DNA of 64,000 nucleotides from Myxococcota bacterium (GTDB lineage Bacteria; Myxococcota; UBA727; JAHDBA01): NCBI GenBank assembly GCA_020630615.1, contig JAHDBA010000005.1, positions 38,709 to 102,708 of the forward strand, read 5' to 3'. Shown piece by piece: positions 38,311 to 48,164 of this stretch (position 1 is its first letter; each line of letters starts with the position of its first letter). The notes under the pieces were generated by a model. It saw only the letters and a program-made list of their open reading frames with translations, ran no database searches and was not told where the DNA came from. The position numbers and the translations under genes were made by a program.

Positions 38311-39132
38311 CTATTTTGAGTTTGTGTTTTCAAGCACGTTGACGATAGGTAGGTCACCATCGGTCACGATTATTTTTGCATTCGGGGAACGTGCCATTTC
38401 TTTTAAGGCTTCAATTGAGTTGAACTGAATGACCATTGGAGACAAGCCTTCAGCAATTGTCTGTTGTGCATCTCGGACACCATTGGCTCGTATTCTTGCA
38501 TTTTCTGCTTCTTGTTGTGTTTGTTGCAATACGAATTGCATACGCTGTGCTTGTTGTTCAGCCTCAAGTTTTTCTTCGATCGCTTTCGCGAGCGAAGCCG
38601 GCAACTTGATACTCTTCAAAAGCACAGACTCGATCACAATTCCGCGTTCTTGCAAATGCGTTGCCATATCTTTTTTGATGGCCGCTTCAATTTGGCTTCG
38701 TTTTTGAGTGTGCATATCCTTTGCAAAATAGCGTGCACTGACATCGGCGACGGTCGACCGAAAGACAGGTAAGATCATTGTCTTCTCATAACCCTGGCCG
38801 ATAGAACGCAGTATCGACGCAGCTTTTTCTGCTTCGATATGGTATAAAATCGAAACTTCAGAAACGATATTAAGCCCTTCTTTTGAAGGGAGCACGAGGG
38901 CTACTTCCAAGTTCTCGGTCTGTGTTGAAACCCGAAAAAATTTGCTGATAAAGGGGTTGTAAACTTTAAGACCATGCGTGTGATGCCTTTCTGAGTATTT
39001 ACCGAGGGTTCGTTTGACTCCAACTTGACCTTCACGAATCACGGCACAGCCAAGAAGTCCCTGTATCAAGACTAAGCATAGAATCATCCTGGAGAGAGCA
39101 TAGGTATGTATACGAGATATCGACGTCATCAT
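38311..39132 (-). CDS. SPFH/Band-7 (HflC/prohibitin-like) membrane protein
   Basis: N-terminal TM followed by an SPFH domain (QVGVKRTLGKYSE...), with a coiled-coil EKLEAEQQAQRMQ in the C-terminal half. Confidence 0.7.
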   Translation of the reverse strand: MMTSISRIHTYALSRMILCLVLIQGLLGCAVIREGQVGVKRTLGKYSERHHTHGLKVYNPFISKFFRVSTQTENLEVALVLPSKEGLNIVSEVSILYHIEAEKAASILRSIGQGYEKTMILPVFRSTVADVSARYFAKDMHTQKRSQIEAAIKKDMATHLQERGIVIESVLLKSIKLPASLAKAIEEKLEAEQQAQRMQFVLQQTQQEAENARIRANGVRDAQQTIAEGLSPMVIQFNSIEALKEMARSPNAKIIVTDGDLPIVNVLENTNSK

Positions 39133-39306
39133 TTTGGATCTCCTTGGTTGTATGGTTTAGGCGTACCTTTCAGTACGCTCTTTCCACTCAGACGCTTGAG
39201 CCTGCGGGATATTCAAATGAGATTGGTAAAAAGCGATAAAATATTTGGAAAACGCCCCAGAGTAAATTTAGGGGCGTTGCGGTAAAACATGGTATTTAGG
39301 TTAGAG

Positions 39307-41469
39307 TTAAAAGTTAGGCACACTACCGTCCGAGCACAAGCGTTGCACATAGTTCCTTTCAGAGAGCTGAGCGCCCCAAACCATTCTCATAAGTTGCGAT
39401 TGTGTTAAAAATCCACGCTCATACCAAGACAAGTCAGTAAAAAGTCGCGATGGCCATCCACCTCGACCTGCTATGTTGTTTCCTTTAAATCGTGACCAGG
39501 ACTCTGTACCGCTGGTTGAACCGAGTCCAGACCAAAAGGATCTTCGTCGGTACTCTGTTGAACCTTCCACACTATTTGCGGTGTCAAAATCTTGCCCATC
39601 GCTGTAGGAGTGAGGAGTTTCTTTCGTATACCATGTTGTTCCGATACGACCGAGACCAAGGCTATGTGTTACTTCGTGCATTAAAAGACCAAATGCATCA
39701 AGTTTCCATTTTTCCAGCGCACGAGGGTCCCCATCACCATAGACCAAAACAGCATTTCGATATGAATTGATTGTATTGGTTATCCTAAAATATATTGTTG
39801 TAGAGCCACCATTCACAGACCCTGCACCGTTAACACCATCATTGCTCAAGAGTTCATCAATGGAAATAGTGAGGCTGTTGTGGGCCTCGGCAATATCATG
39901 CATCTTACGAACGCTCGCTGCCCCGGCACTTACAAAAACACCGGAAGCGTCTTCAAAGCCGTCTTCACAAACATTTTCAGAGTGCACAAGTTTAAATTGA
40001 ACCAGTCGTTTTCCGGAACGAATAGTTTCGATATGAGGATAATCAAATGTTCGAACGTCAGGTCCATCATATGGTAAGGTGATGTCTTCAAGATCGATCA
40101 TTATTCCATCACCGCGATCGACCTTCCCATTCGTAAAAAAGTTAGTGTCTTCTGTCGCTAAATCGCCATTGCTCGTGATGCGCGCGTAACATTCACGCCC
40201 TGCATATCCTGCCTGCGTAGGCCAATAGCAATAATTGGACTCGGCAGTCGGACTATAGTTGATAGGGCTGTCACCAGAAGGGTTCTCGATATTGGGCTCC
40301 ATACCATAGGTGCACACACCATCTGGGCATCGACAACTCGCTCCATCCGGGCAATAATAGGGCTCTTCTGCAAGATTGGAGAAACCCATATTCATAACAT
40401 CAACTGCAGCCTGTGCGAAATCAGATAAACTGTGGTACTCGGTAGGCCACGCTGGCATGACCGCAGTTGAGTTCGATGTGGTTGCTGCAGAGTCACCAAT
40501 ATTGGGTAAAGTTATCGCTGGATCAAATGTTGACCGAGCTTTATTGCATAGAGAAAAGACTGAAACGCGTATGGTTATCGGTTGTTGGCATTGCTCATAT
40601 GCGTCACGAATCTGATTCATACGTGTCGGTAAATGAGACGAAAGATTTGTTGGTAGAGCACACTCCGGTGCTATATCTAAATAGTTTGTTGTCGCTTCAT
40701 GCTCAGCACAGGTTCTCCATGTACAATCGGGAAGGCAGCCTGCTTCCGGTAGGCCCCATTGATATTCACACTCCTCACCCGCGTCTTCATTCAAAACACC
40801 GTCACCACATTCAGACCACGTACAATCTTGATTACAAAAACGGCCTTGTGCATAGCCATCACACTCTTCAAGACCTTCAACTACTTTATTTCCACATCCA
40901 GGTTCTATTGTGCAAGAGCTTGAACACCAATCTCCGCTAATAGTATTACCGTCATCACACATTTCACCAGATTCAGAGGTTAAAAATCCATCTCCACATT
41001 CAGCAAGTGTACAATTAGGATTACAAACGATATTTGCGGAACTTCCATCACACTCTTCGTCAATATCAAGAAAGCCGTTCCCGCATCCAACCTCAATCTG
41101 ACAGTTTGAATCACACCAATCCCTATCTAGCCGGTTACCATCATCGCATTCTTCATCGGCTTCGAGGATTCCATTACCACAAATACTTGTTGAGGAAGAC
41201 GTGGGTGGTGCCTGTGCTAGTTCTATCAGGCATCTCGCAGAGCACCCATCACCGCTAATAGTATTACCGTCATCACACTGTTCAGGTCTACGAACAACTC
41301 CATCACCACAACTTAATGATACAAAGCGCACGGGTTGGTCACTTTGCAAACGTGAGTCATCAGAGACTAGTTGACGAGAACGTTGACCATCGACATCGCT
41401 ATCGTCAGAGCACGAAATCGCAAATATCAATACTTGAGAGAACAATAGAATCGGTAGCGCTTTAGTCAT
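39307..41469 (-). CDS. Secreted lipoprotein: N-terminal Myxococcus-type Cys-rich repeats fused to an HExxH zinc metalloprotease domain
   Basis: Lipobox FAISCSDD. About 5 repeats CGNGxLxxDEECDDGNxxxxDxC in residues ~50-260. C-terminal MHEVTHSLGLG zinc motif. Confidence 0.6.
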   Translation of the reverse strand: MTKALPILLFSQVLIFAISCSDDSDVDGQRSRQLVSDDSRLQSDQPVRFVSLSCGDGVVRRPEQCDDGNTISGDGCSARCLIELAQAPPTSSSTSICGNGILEADEECDDGNRLDRDWCDSNCQIEVGCGNGFLDIDEECDGSSANIVCNPNCTLAECGDGFLTSESGEMCDDGNTISGDWCSSSCTIEPGCGNKVVEGLEECDGYAQGRFCNQDCTWSECGDGVLNEDAGEECEYQWGLPEAGCLPDCTWRTCAEHEATTNYLDIAPECALPTNLSSHLPTRMNQIRDAYEQCQQPITIRVSVFSLCNKARSTFDPAITLPNIGDSAATTSNSTAVMPAWPTEYHSLSDFAQAAVDVMNMGFSNLAEEPYYCPDGASCRCPDGVCTYGMEPNIENPSGDSPINYSPTAESNYCYWPTQAGYAGRECYARITSNGDLATEDTNFFTNGKVDRGDGIMIDLEDITLPYDGPDVRTFDYPHIETIRSGKRLVQFKLVHSENVCEDGFEDASGVFVSAGAASVRKMHDIAEAHNSLTISIDELLSNDGVNGAGSVNGGSTTIYFRITNTINSYRNAVLVYGDGDPRALEKWKLDAFGLLMHEVTHSLGLGRIGTTWYTKETPHSYSDGQDFDTANSVEGSTEYRRRSFWSGLGSTSGTESWSRFKGNNIAGRGGWPSRLFTDLSWYERGFLTQSQLMRMVWGAQLSERNYVQRLCSDGSVPNF

Positions 41470-41602
41470 GAAATCACCTCAACACTTTTAGTGTAACGAG
41501 TATGATTTTTGAGCTCAAATCGAGGGCCAGTTGGTCTCAATGTGTGACACTTTTGATACTGCAACATGCTTAAGGCAACCCATAAAGGAGACTTTGGCTT
41601 TG

Positions 41603-42340
41603 CTATTTACCCTTTTCGAGAACATAAATAGCGCAGATACCAAAGTTTAATGTTTTGAAGTGAATAGGCTTAAAGCCGCATTCCTCGCTGATTTTCAGAA
41701 AGGCATCCCTTTCAGGGAATTGTAAAGCAGATTCGTTGAGGTATTTGTACGCATCGCGATCGCCAGAAAGCCAGCCACCAATTCGTGTTAGCAATACGGA
41801 GCTATAGAAACGATATCCCCATTTTAAGAATGGGATGTTTGGTCGGGTGAACTCGAGAACAACGAGTCTGCCAGAGGGCTTTAGGACGCGTAGACATTCC
41901 TTAAGCCCCAGTTCGAGATACTCAAAGTTACGGACACCGAAAGACACTGTGATTGCGTCAAAAGAGTTATCATCAAAAGCTAAGGCGTGAGCATTGCCGA
42001 GCTGAAAAGAAAGACCTTTTTTATAGGGATTCTTTTCGAGCTTTTCATTGGCGCGGCGTAACATCTCGGCTGAGGGATCGATAGCGATAACTTTGGTTTT
42101 CGCATTTTTGACCAATTGAAAAGCCACATCGCCTGTTCCTGTTGCAAGATCAAGAACACAATTCGGTTGTGATACCATTGTCATTTCTACGAGTCGTTTG
42201 CGCCAAATCTGATCAAGCCCCAAGGAAAGCACTCGATTTAAACGATCGTATTTTGGGGCAATACGATTAAACATTGTGGTGATTTGAAGATCTTTACACT
42301 CGGGAGAGTCAGCATAGGGTACAAGGTCTCGATATTTCAT
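41603..42340 (-). CDS. ubiE: Demethylmenaquinone/ubiquinone C-methyltransferase
   Basis: MFNRIAPKYDRLNRVLSLGLDQIWRK UbiE signature and LDLATGTGD SAM motif. Confidence 0.85.
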   Translation of the reverse strand: MKYRDLVPYADSPECKDLQITTMFNRIAPKYDRLNRVLSLGLDQIWRKRLVEMTMVSQPNCVLDLATGTGDVAFQLVKNAKTKVIAIDPSAEMLRRANEKLEKNPYKKGLSFQLGNAHALAFDDNSFDAITVSFGVRNFEYLELGLKECLRVLKPSGRLVVLEFTRPNIPFLKWGYRFYSSVLLTRIGGWLSGDRDAYKYLNESALQFPERDAFLKISEECGFKPIHFKTLNFGICAIYVLEKGK

Positions 42341-42466
42341 GCTTGAAGGTTATAACAACAAAAGAACGAGAGGGTAACGTCATTTAAAAATGCGTTCATC
42401 GTTATTGCAGAGCACTCCGCATCTGTGTAGCCAGCGAGTAAAGGACGAAGGCCCTAGGTGGAAATC

Positions 42467-43342
42467 ATGTTGAACAAACAAGCACTAATCACTGGCGCAA
42501 ACTCTGGCATTGGTTTCGAAAGTGCACGTGGACTTTTGAAACTGGGCTACTCTGTTGCGATCACTGGACGGAACTCAGAAAAATTGATGGAGGCAAAGTC
42601 CCAGCTTCAAAGTGAATTTGCCTCAAGCACGATAGATACTTTTGTCGGTGACTTTGCGTCATTCAAATCGACTCGAGTGATGGCGGATGAAATTGGTTCA
42701 AAATATGATGCTATCGATGTTCTCATTAACAATGCCGGCTTGATATTGAGTGAGCGACAAGAAAGTGAAGATGGTTATGAGTTGACCTTTCAAATCAATC
42801 ATCTTTCACCGTTCTTACTCACTCTATCGTTATGGGACTCTATAAAAGCAGCAAATCATGCCCGTGTCGTCAACTTGAGCTCAATGGGTCACAAAATGGG
42901 CGGGCCACTACGTTTCAATGACCTCCAAGCCACAAAAAAGTATGACGGTGTCGCGGTCTACAATCGCTCGAAGCTTTGCAATATCTATTTTACGCGATCA
43001 CTTGCGCAACGATGTGACCCTAAAAAGGTTGTCATCAACGCAGTTCATCCCGGTGTCGTGAAAACAGGTTTTGCTCAAGATGGTGATACCACAGGATTCT
43101 GGGGAATGTTCTTTGGTTTGATGCCTTATATACCCTTCTTTTTAACACCGCAGCAGGGTGCACGCACAAGTATTCACGTTGCAAGCAATGATGCAGCTGG
43201 GAATATTAGTGGTGAATACTGGTCTGGCTCTAAAGTCGCAAAAACTGCACGTTATGCGAAAGACGATTGTGCAGCGGAGCGTTTATGGCAGGAAAGTCTG
43301 GCGATGACGGGGATCGATGATCCTTTTCAGTCAGCATCATAG
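42467..43342 (+). CDS. SDR family oxidoreductase
   Basis: ALITGANSGIGFE and a YNRSK catalytic Tyr-Lys. ATG 42467 behind TAGGTGG. Confidence 0.75.
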   Translation: MLNKQALITGANSGIGFESARGLLKLGYSVAITGRNSEKLMEAKSQLQSEFASSTIDTFVGDFASFKSTRVMADEIGSKYDAIDVLINNAGLILSERQESEDGYELTFQINHLSPFLLTLSLWDSIKAANHARVVNLSSMGHKMGGPLRFNDLQATKKYDGVAVYNRSKLCNIYFTRSLAQRCDPKKVVINAVHPGVVKTGFAQDGDTTGFWGMFFGLMPYIPFFLTPQQGARTSIHVASNDAAGNISGEYWSGSKVAKTARYAKDDCAAERLWQESLAMTGIDDPFQSAS

Positions 43343-43476
43343 TTCGGGTGTTTTGATTCGTGGCGAAAGTTAATACCTACATGTAGGCCTATATCTTATC
43401 GGATCATAAGATTAGAGCGCGAAACTTATATCTGGGAGAGCCGATATTTTGTCAACAAGCCCATAAAGGAGTGGAC

Positions 43477-44970
43477 ATGTCGGTGAACTGGAATCAAATC
43501 GCAAAGAGTGCAACACAGGCCATCGACGCATATTCTGCCTCATCATCTTCAGGCGCAACATCTTCTACTTTTGCCTCGCTTTTTGGAGATGCTGAGGGCA
43601 ATGACGTGGCATTGATGCAAACCCTTGGAATGTTCGCAAATGTATTTTCAGGTGAGCAATCGAATATCGTTGCGAGCGGAGATCAAAACGTAGCCAATAC
43701 ACTCATGAATATTGCTCGTAACTCCGATCGCTATGCGAGTATTGCCTCTGATTTCATGTCGTATTTTAAAAATGGTGATTTGGGTGACTTCTCTGCGTTA
43801 AGAGAGACTTTCAAAAACTTTAGTGGGAGTTCACAAGGAGCATCAGCCACACCGAGTTCCATGTCTGATATTTTGAATCAAGTGATCAAAGGGGATGGGA
43901 ATGTCTTTCAAAACTTTGGTACCATGTTCAAAGGTACCGATGGCTCGGTTTTTAAGACGAGCAACATATCCAAGAGTGCGAATATCGCTGCCGCCGGGGC
44001 AGTTGCGCTTCAAAGTGCAACTGCAGTCGCAGGTCTCGTGAAAGACATGCGAGATGGGACCGTCTTACAAAACCCGACCATCGAAAAACTTTTTGCAGAG
44101 TTTGAGAAGACAGGTGTGCCGAAAGAAATTGTAGAGAAAGCATTGCGGCGCGCCAATCATAACCCAGAAGCGGCTCGAATGATGCTTCAGGACATCACTC
44201 CCGGTGGCGAATACAATGGAAAGAAACCCAAACTTGGAAAATCAAAACGACGCCGGCGTCGGCTCAGGCGTCAGAAAAAACGCCTTGCTCGTTTAGAGCG
44301 TCGAGGTAAAGGAAATTCCAAACGCGCTCAGCGCCTTCAGGGCCGTATTGAAAAGACTGAGACGGAATTCCCACACCTTCAAGGTAAAAGCGTAAGCGAA
44401 CTTTCGAGCGAATTTAAAACATTGGCAAAGGAGCATCGTCGAAAGATTGGTAAAGCCTGTGCGATTGCCGGAGTTGCAGTTGTTGGCGCTGCAGCCACAT
44501 TTTTTACGGCTGGCGCGGCGGCCCCAATGGTGGCTGGGGCAATATCGGGGTTAGTTGTCGGTGCAGCAGCAAAGGGTGCGTCGCATATTATCAAAAAAGA
44601 TGAAGAGCGCCTGACTCAAGAACAAGTTGAATACCTCGGTGCGGAAAACCCAACGCAAGACCCGACTCCGTCCAATCCAATATGGGATGATTTTTCTAGG
44701 AACGATTGGCCAACCTATGGATCGATGATGGGTCAAATGCACAACTGGGCACCAGCATCTTGGAGAGAAGGATTACAAAATTTCGCATGGCCAGGGGTTA
44801 GTCAGGCGTATCAAACACCATCATGGTATGAAACTACACCGAATTTTAACCCCTCAAACTATTTTGCGTTTTCGACAGGCTTTCCTCAACCTGCACTTGA
44901 CGCGATGTTGGCTCAGATGCAAGTCTTGGCCAAAGAGATTGGCACAGAACGACAAGCGAGTTCGAAGTAG
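43477..44970 (+). CDS. Hypothetical protein with UBA-like helical segment, poly-Arg/Lys tract and Gly/Ala-rich TM segment
   Basis: ATG 43477 behind AAGGAG. TIEKLFAEFEKTGVPKEIVEKALRRANHNPEAARMMLQD is UBA-like. Then KRRRRRLRRQKKRLARLERR, the TM segment AIAGVAVVGAAATFFTAGAAAPMVAGAISGLVVGAAA, and a W/Y/P-rich C-terminus. Confidence 0.5.
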   Translation: MSVNWNQIAKSATQAIDAYSASSSSGATSSTFASLFGDAEGNDVALMQTLGMFANVFSGEQSNIVASGDQNVANTLMNIARNSDRYASIASDFMSYFKNGDLGDFSALRETFKNFSGSSQGASATPSSMSDILNQVIKGDGNVFQNFGTMFKGTDGSVFKTSNISKSANIAAAGAVALQSATAVAGLVKDMRDGTVLQNPTIEKLFAEFEKTGVPKEIVEKALRRANHNPEAARMMLQDITPGGEYNGKKPKLGKSKRRRRRLRRQKKRLARLERRGKGNSKRAQRLQGRIEKTETEFPHLQGKSVSELSSEFKTLAKEHRRKIGKACAIAGVAVVGAAATFFTAGAAAPMVAGAISGLVVGAAAKGASHIIKKDEERLTQEQVEYLGAENPTQDPTPSNPIWDDFSRNDWPTYGSMMGQMHNWAPASWREGLQNFAWPGVSQAYQTPSWYETTPNFNPSNYFAFSTGFPQPALDAMLAQMQVLAKEIGTERQASSK

Positions 44971-44979
44971 GCGAGTGTT

Positions 44980-45639
44980 ATGAATGAGGATAATAGTGAA
45001 CACCGAGAACTCAATTTGATCGGAACATTGTGTGAACGCTTCCCAACCTTTGCGGCACACTCGCCGGAAGAACAGCGCAGGATTGTGAAAGCATGGACGC
45101 TTGATGGATTTGAAGAGGATGAAATCCTCGATCTCCTTGATCCCGAAGATTGGGTCGAAGAACTTGTCGATAGCTATGAAGATCTCGGTTATCCTGAAGA
45201 GGAAGCGCTTGCATTGGTCGAGGGTTTCAAAGGTATGAAGGCACCACCTGATTTTATCATCTTCTTGTCGCAATCGCTCAGTGCTCATCCTGAGAACGCA
45301 AAGTTGACTCTTATCTCACCAAGTTGGACTGAGCTTCTGATGAAATCGTTTGCCTATGCATGTCAAGCGGGGCAAATGAAAATGGCACTCGATGCACTTT
45401 TTGCCACTTTAGAAGGCCTAGAGTCGACCGGCTCAAAACCAAGTGCGGTTTTTTTGGTTTCAATGTTGCGGCCGATCTTTGATGCATTCAATAGAGTTGA
45501 AGGCGATCGACACGTTGATCAAGCTCGTCGATTTGATCGTTTTACAGATGGTGGTGGACTGAATGCGCCCTCGCTAAGCGAAGAAAAGCCAGAAGGAAGT
45601 GTCGACCTTTCAAATTTTGACTTTCCTCGAAAGTTATAA
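44980..45639 (+). CDS. Hypothetical acidic protein (219 aa)
   Basis: ORF 10 nt after the previous stop. D/E-rich. No motif recognised. Confidence 0.4.
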   Translation: MNEDNSEHRELNLIGTLCERFPTFAAHSPEEQRRIVKAWTLDGFEEDEILDLLDPEDWVEELVDSYEDLGYPEEEALALVEGFKGMKAPPDFIIFLSQSLSAHPENAKLTLISPSWTELLMKSFAYACQAGQMKMALDALFATLEGLESTGSKPSAVFLVSMLRPIFDAFNRVEGDRHVDQARRFDRFTDGGGLNAPSLSEEKPEGSVDLSNFDFPRKL

Positions 45640-45659
45640 GTTCAAGATCGATTGAATGT

Positions 45660-46946
45660 CTAAGGTCGAAGTGCATCCCGTAAAATTTTAGCAAAGCGGA
45701 AACACTCATCAAAAGTATTGTACAATGGAGTAGGAGCAACCCGGATAAAATCGGGTGGACGAAAATCCGTCATGACCCCGCCTTGTTGTAAAGCCGCCCG
45801 TACCGTTTCCGCATTGCGATGAATTCTCAACGAGATCTGAGCACCGCGTTGCCTTGGGTCTTGCGGGGTCACAATTGTGAACAATGTTTCGTGAGCGAAT
45901 TCCGATTCAATGCTTTGAATACATTGTTCAAGAAAGCCTGTAAGTTGAATTGATTTGGCACGAAGTGCTTCCATAGTGGCCTCTCTGAACATCTCAAGCG
46001 ATGCGTTCAGTGGCGCCATCGAAAACACAGACCCATTTGAAAGCTGATAACGATCGACACCGGCTGCTGGGTAAAACGTCGGACTCATCTCAAATCTGCG
46101 ATCGGGATCAACACCCCACCACCCTTTGAGATAACATCTTGAGCTCTTTTCGAGGTGTCGCTCGTGAACAAACATTCCACCTGCTGAGCCAGGACCACCG
46201 TTCAAATATTTGTAAGTACAGAAGACAGCGAAATCGACATTCCATTCATGTAATTTTAAAGGCACGTTGCCTGTTGCGTGTGCACAATCGATCCCGACCA
46301 TGACACCGTATTGATGCGCCTTATCAACAATATAGGGGATATCAAAAAATTGACCGGTCTTAAAGTTAAGTGCACCCAAGAGAAGTAGTGCTAAACTTTC
46401 ACCATGCGTTTCAAAGTATGCATCGATATCTTCATGTGTAATTGTTGGTGAACCCTCCTGTGGACTAAGCTCTACAAGTTGATTTGGGAATCCTTTGAGT
46501 TCACATTGAGACTGAAGTGCATAGTGGTCGGAGGGGAACGCGCCGGCCTCGAGTCCGATTTTCGATCGAGACGAAGTCGGTTGATAAAAATCAATGAGCA
46601 GTAGATGAAGGTTGACCGTAAGGGAGTTGGCAATCGTAACTTCATTGTCTTTGGCCCCCAATAGATGTGTCAGGGAGGGCAAAAAACGCTCGTGATAACG
46701 TGTCCATGGCTGGTCTTTTCGGAAATGACCATCGACACCATGCTTCGACCATGTTTCGATTTCATGTTCCAGGCATGCACGAGCTGACTTGGGCATTAAG
46801 CCCAATGAGTTTCCGACAAAATAGATCGCATCTTGGTTTTGAATCTGCGGGAACTCGAAGTCAGAGCGGTATTTCGACAGGACATCATCCTTGTCATACT
46901 TTCGGGCAAGGGATTCTAGATCTTCGACTTTGGGTTCTAATTTCAT
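45660..46946 (-). CDS. kynU: Kynureninase
   Basis: N-terminal DAIYFVGNSLGLMPK, then class-V aminotransferase fold, then PLP-Lys region ...CTYKYLNGGPGS. Confidence 0.8.
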   Translation of the reverse strand: MKLEPKVEDLESLARKYDKDDVLSKYRSDFEFPQIQNQDAIYFVGNSLGLMPKSARACLEHEIETWSKHGVDGHFRKDQPWTRYHERFLPSLTHLLGAKDNEVTIANSLTVNLHLLLIDFYQPTSSRSKIGLEAGAFPSDHYALQSQCELKGFPNQLVELSPQEGSPTITHEDIDAYFETHGESLALLLLGALNFKTGQFFDIPYIVDKAHQYGVMVGIDCAHATGNVPLKLHEWNVDFAVFCTYKYLNGGPGSAGGMFVHERHLEKSSRCYLKGWWGVDPDRRFEMSPTFYPAAGVDRYQLSNGSVFSMAPLNASLEMFREATMEALRAKSIQLTGFLEQCIQSIESEFAHETLFTIVTPQDPRQRGAQISLRIHRNAETVRAALQQGGVMTDFRPPDFIRVAPTPLYNTFDECFRFAKILRDALRP

Positions 46947-47019
46947 TGTGAAACCTTATTCATTCTTCGGTGTGTGCGGGTACTTTCAATGCCTTTGTAA
47001 CTGCTCATGCGTTATTTTT

Positions 47020-47766
47020 CTAAGCGAGTGATGTCAAAAAGGGGCGCGAAGGCACTGCATCACTTCTTAAGTTCATGAGTTGAAGATGCAATCGATACAA
47101 ACCTGCACTTGCTTTCGGATTTGGAAACACAAGTTCACTGATCGTTTGCATATCGTTGTGGAGAAAGGTGCGATGATTGGGAGTCATCCCGCCATCGTCT
47201 TCACGATCGATTGAAGGGCCAGAATACAGAACATGTTGATAGTGTTGCGCAATCCAATTCATTGCAACATCTGTAAAATACACAGGATTGGTACCCGAAT
47301 AGTCTTTTGCAAGCGCATCTTCTTCGAGCAGTATCATAATCGCTCGACACACCGACCCCTCTTCGCGAACTTTTGGTTTTGAATCGAAAGCTTTCAGCGC
47401 TCGGGCGATTTCTGCTAAGGAAATCACGCGATCATCGACCTCGTTTTTTCCTTGATATCCTTCCCCGGTACTTTTAAGGGCACAAGGTTTGGGCCAAATA
47501 ACATCACAACGTGCATCAAAATAAGGTGCAAGTTCACAGAGAAAGCGTGGCGCTGTACCGCACCGACTAAAATTATAGATGTGTCTGAGATTCTCGGTAT
47601 GCGTACACGCGTTATGAGGACAAAATGAGATTCGATCGCAATTGACACTTGAATCGGGTTGTCGAGCAATGCTTTTGATATGCAAAGGCGTAAGTTGATA
47701 TGCACCTAGTGAGCTGGAGGCTTGGATCACTCTGGAGCAGTCGATCATTACAAATCTACCTTTCAT
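47020..47766 (-). CDS. Hypothetical protein (248 aa)
   Basis: Long ORF adjacent to kynU. No canonical motif seen. Confidence 0.35.
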   Translation of the reverse strand: MKGRFVMIDCSRVIQASSSLGAYQLTPLHIKSIARQPDSSVNCDRISFCPHNACTHTENLRHIYNFSRCGTAPRFLCELAPYFDARCDVIWPKPCALKSTGEGYQGKNEVDDRVISLAEIARALKAFDSKPKVREEGSVCRAIMILLEEDALAKDYSGTNPVYFTDVAMNWIAQHYQHVLYSGPSIDREDDGGMTPNHRTFLHNDMQTISELVFPNPKASAGLYRLHLQLMNLRSDAVPSRPFLTSLA

Positions 47767-47859
47767 AAAACGCTTACAATCGCAGTCTGCGATAATGGTT
47801 CAGAAAATGGAAATTCTTAGTCCTAAGCGCTATCTGAAATGTCAACAATAGGAGCAACT

Positions 47860-48117
47860 ATGCAAATTTTAACATGGGTTGGTTTAGGTCTTGTCTCAGG
47901 GATCCTCGCGCGAATTCTGATGCCAGGTTCTCAATCGGGTGGTCTTGTGCGAACAACCTTGCTCGGTATCGTTGGGGCCTCGATCGGCGGTTACCTGGGG
48001 ACCTCTTTGGGCTTTGGTGCAGTTGATGCCTTTGATTTGCGTAGCATTGGTGTTGCTACCGGCGGTGCACTCGTTTTTCTATTTGTTTGGCAACTGATCT
48101 TTGGGCGCAAAGGCTAG
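47860..48117 (+). CDS. GlsB/YeaQ/YmgE-family small membrane protein
   Basis: MQILTWVGLGLVSGILARILMPG...GIVGASIGGYLG matches the transglycosylase-associated/YeaQ family. ATG 47860 behind AGGAG. Confidence 0.7.
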   Translation: MQILTWVGLGLVSGILARILMPGSQSGGLVRTTLLGIVGASIGGYLGTSLGFGAVDAFDLRSIGVATGGALVFLFVWQLIFGRKG

Positions 48118-48164
48118 CGTCTGCTCGCGGCTCGCTACCCAGAGCTGAGTTTTGAGGCAATTCA

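Noticed and set aside
47020-47766. Calling the 248-aa ORF kynurenine formamidase (KynB) or TDO because it neighbours kynU
   Set aside because: There is no HxGTHxDxPxH cyclase motif and no TDO heme-pocket signature. It is left as hypothetical.
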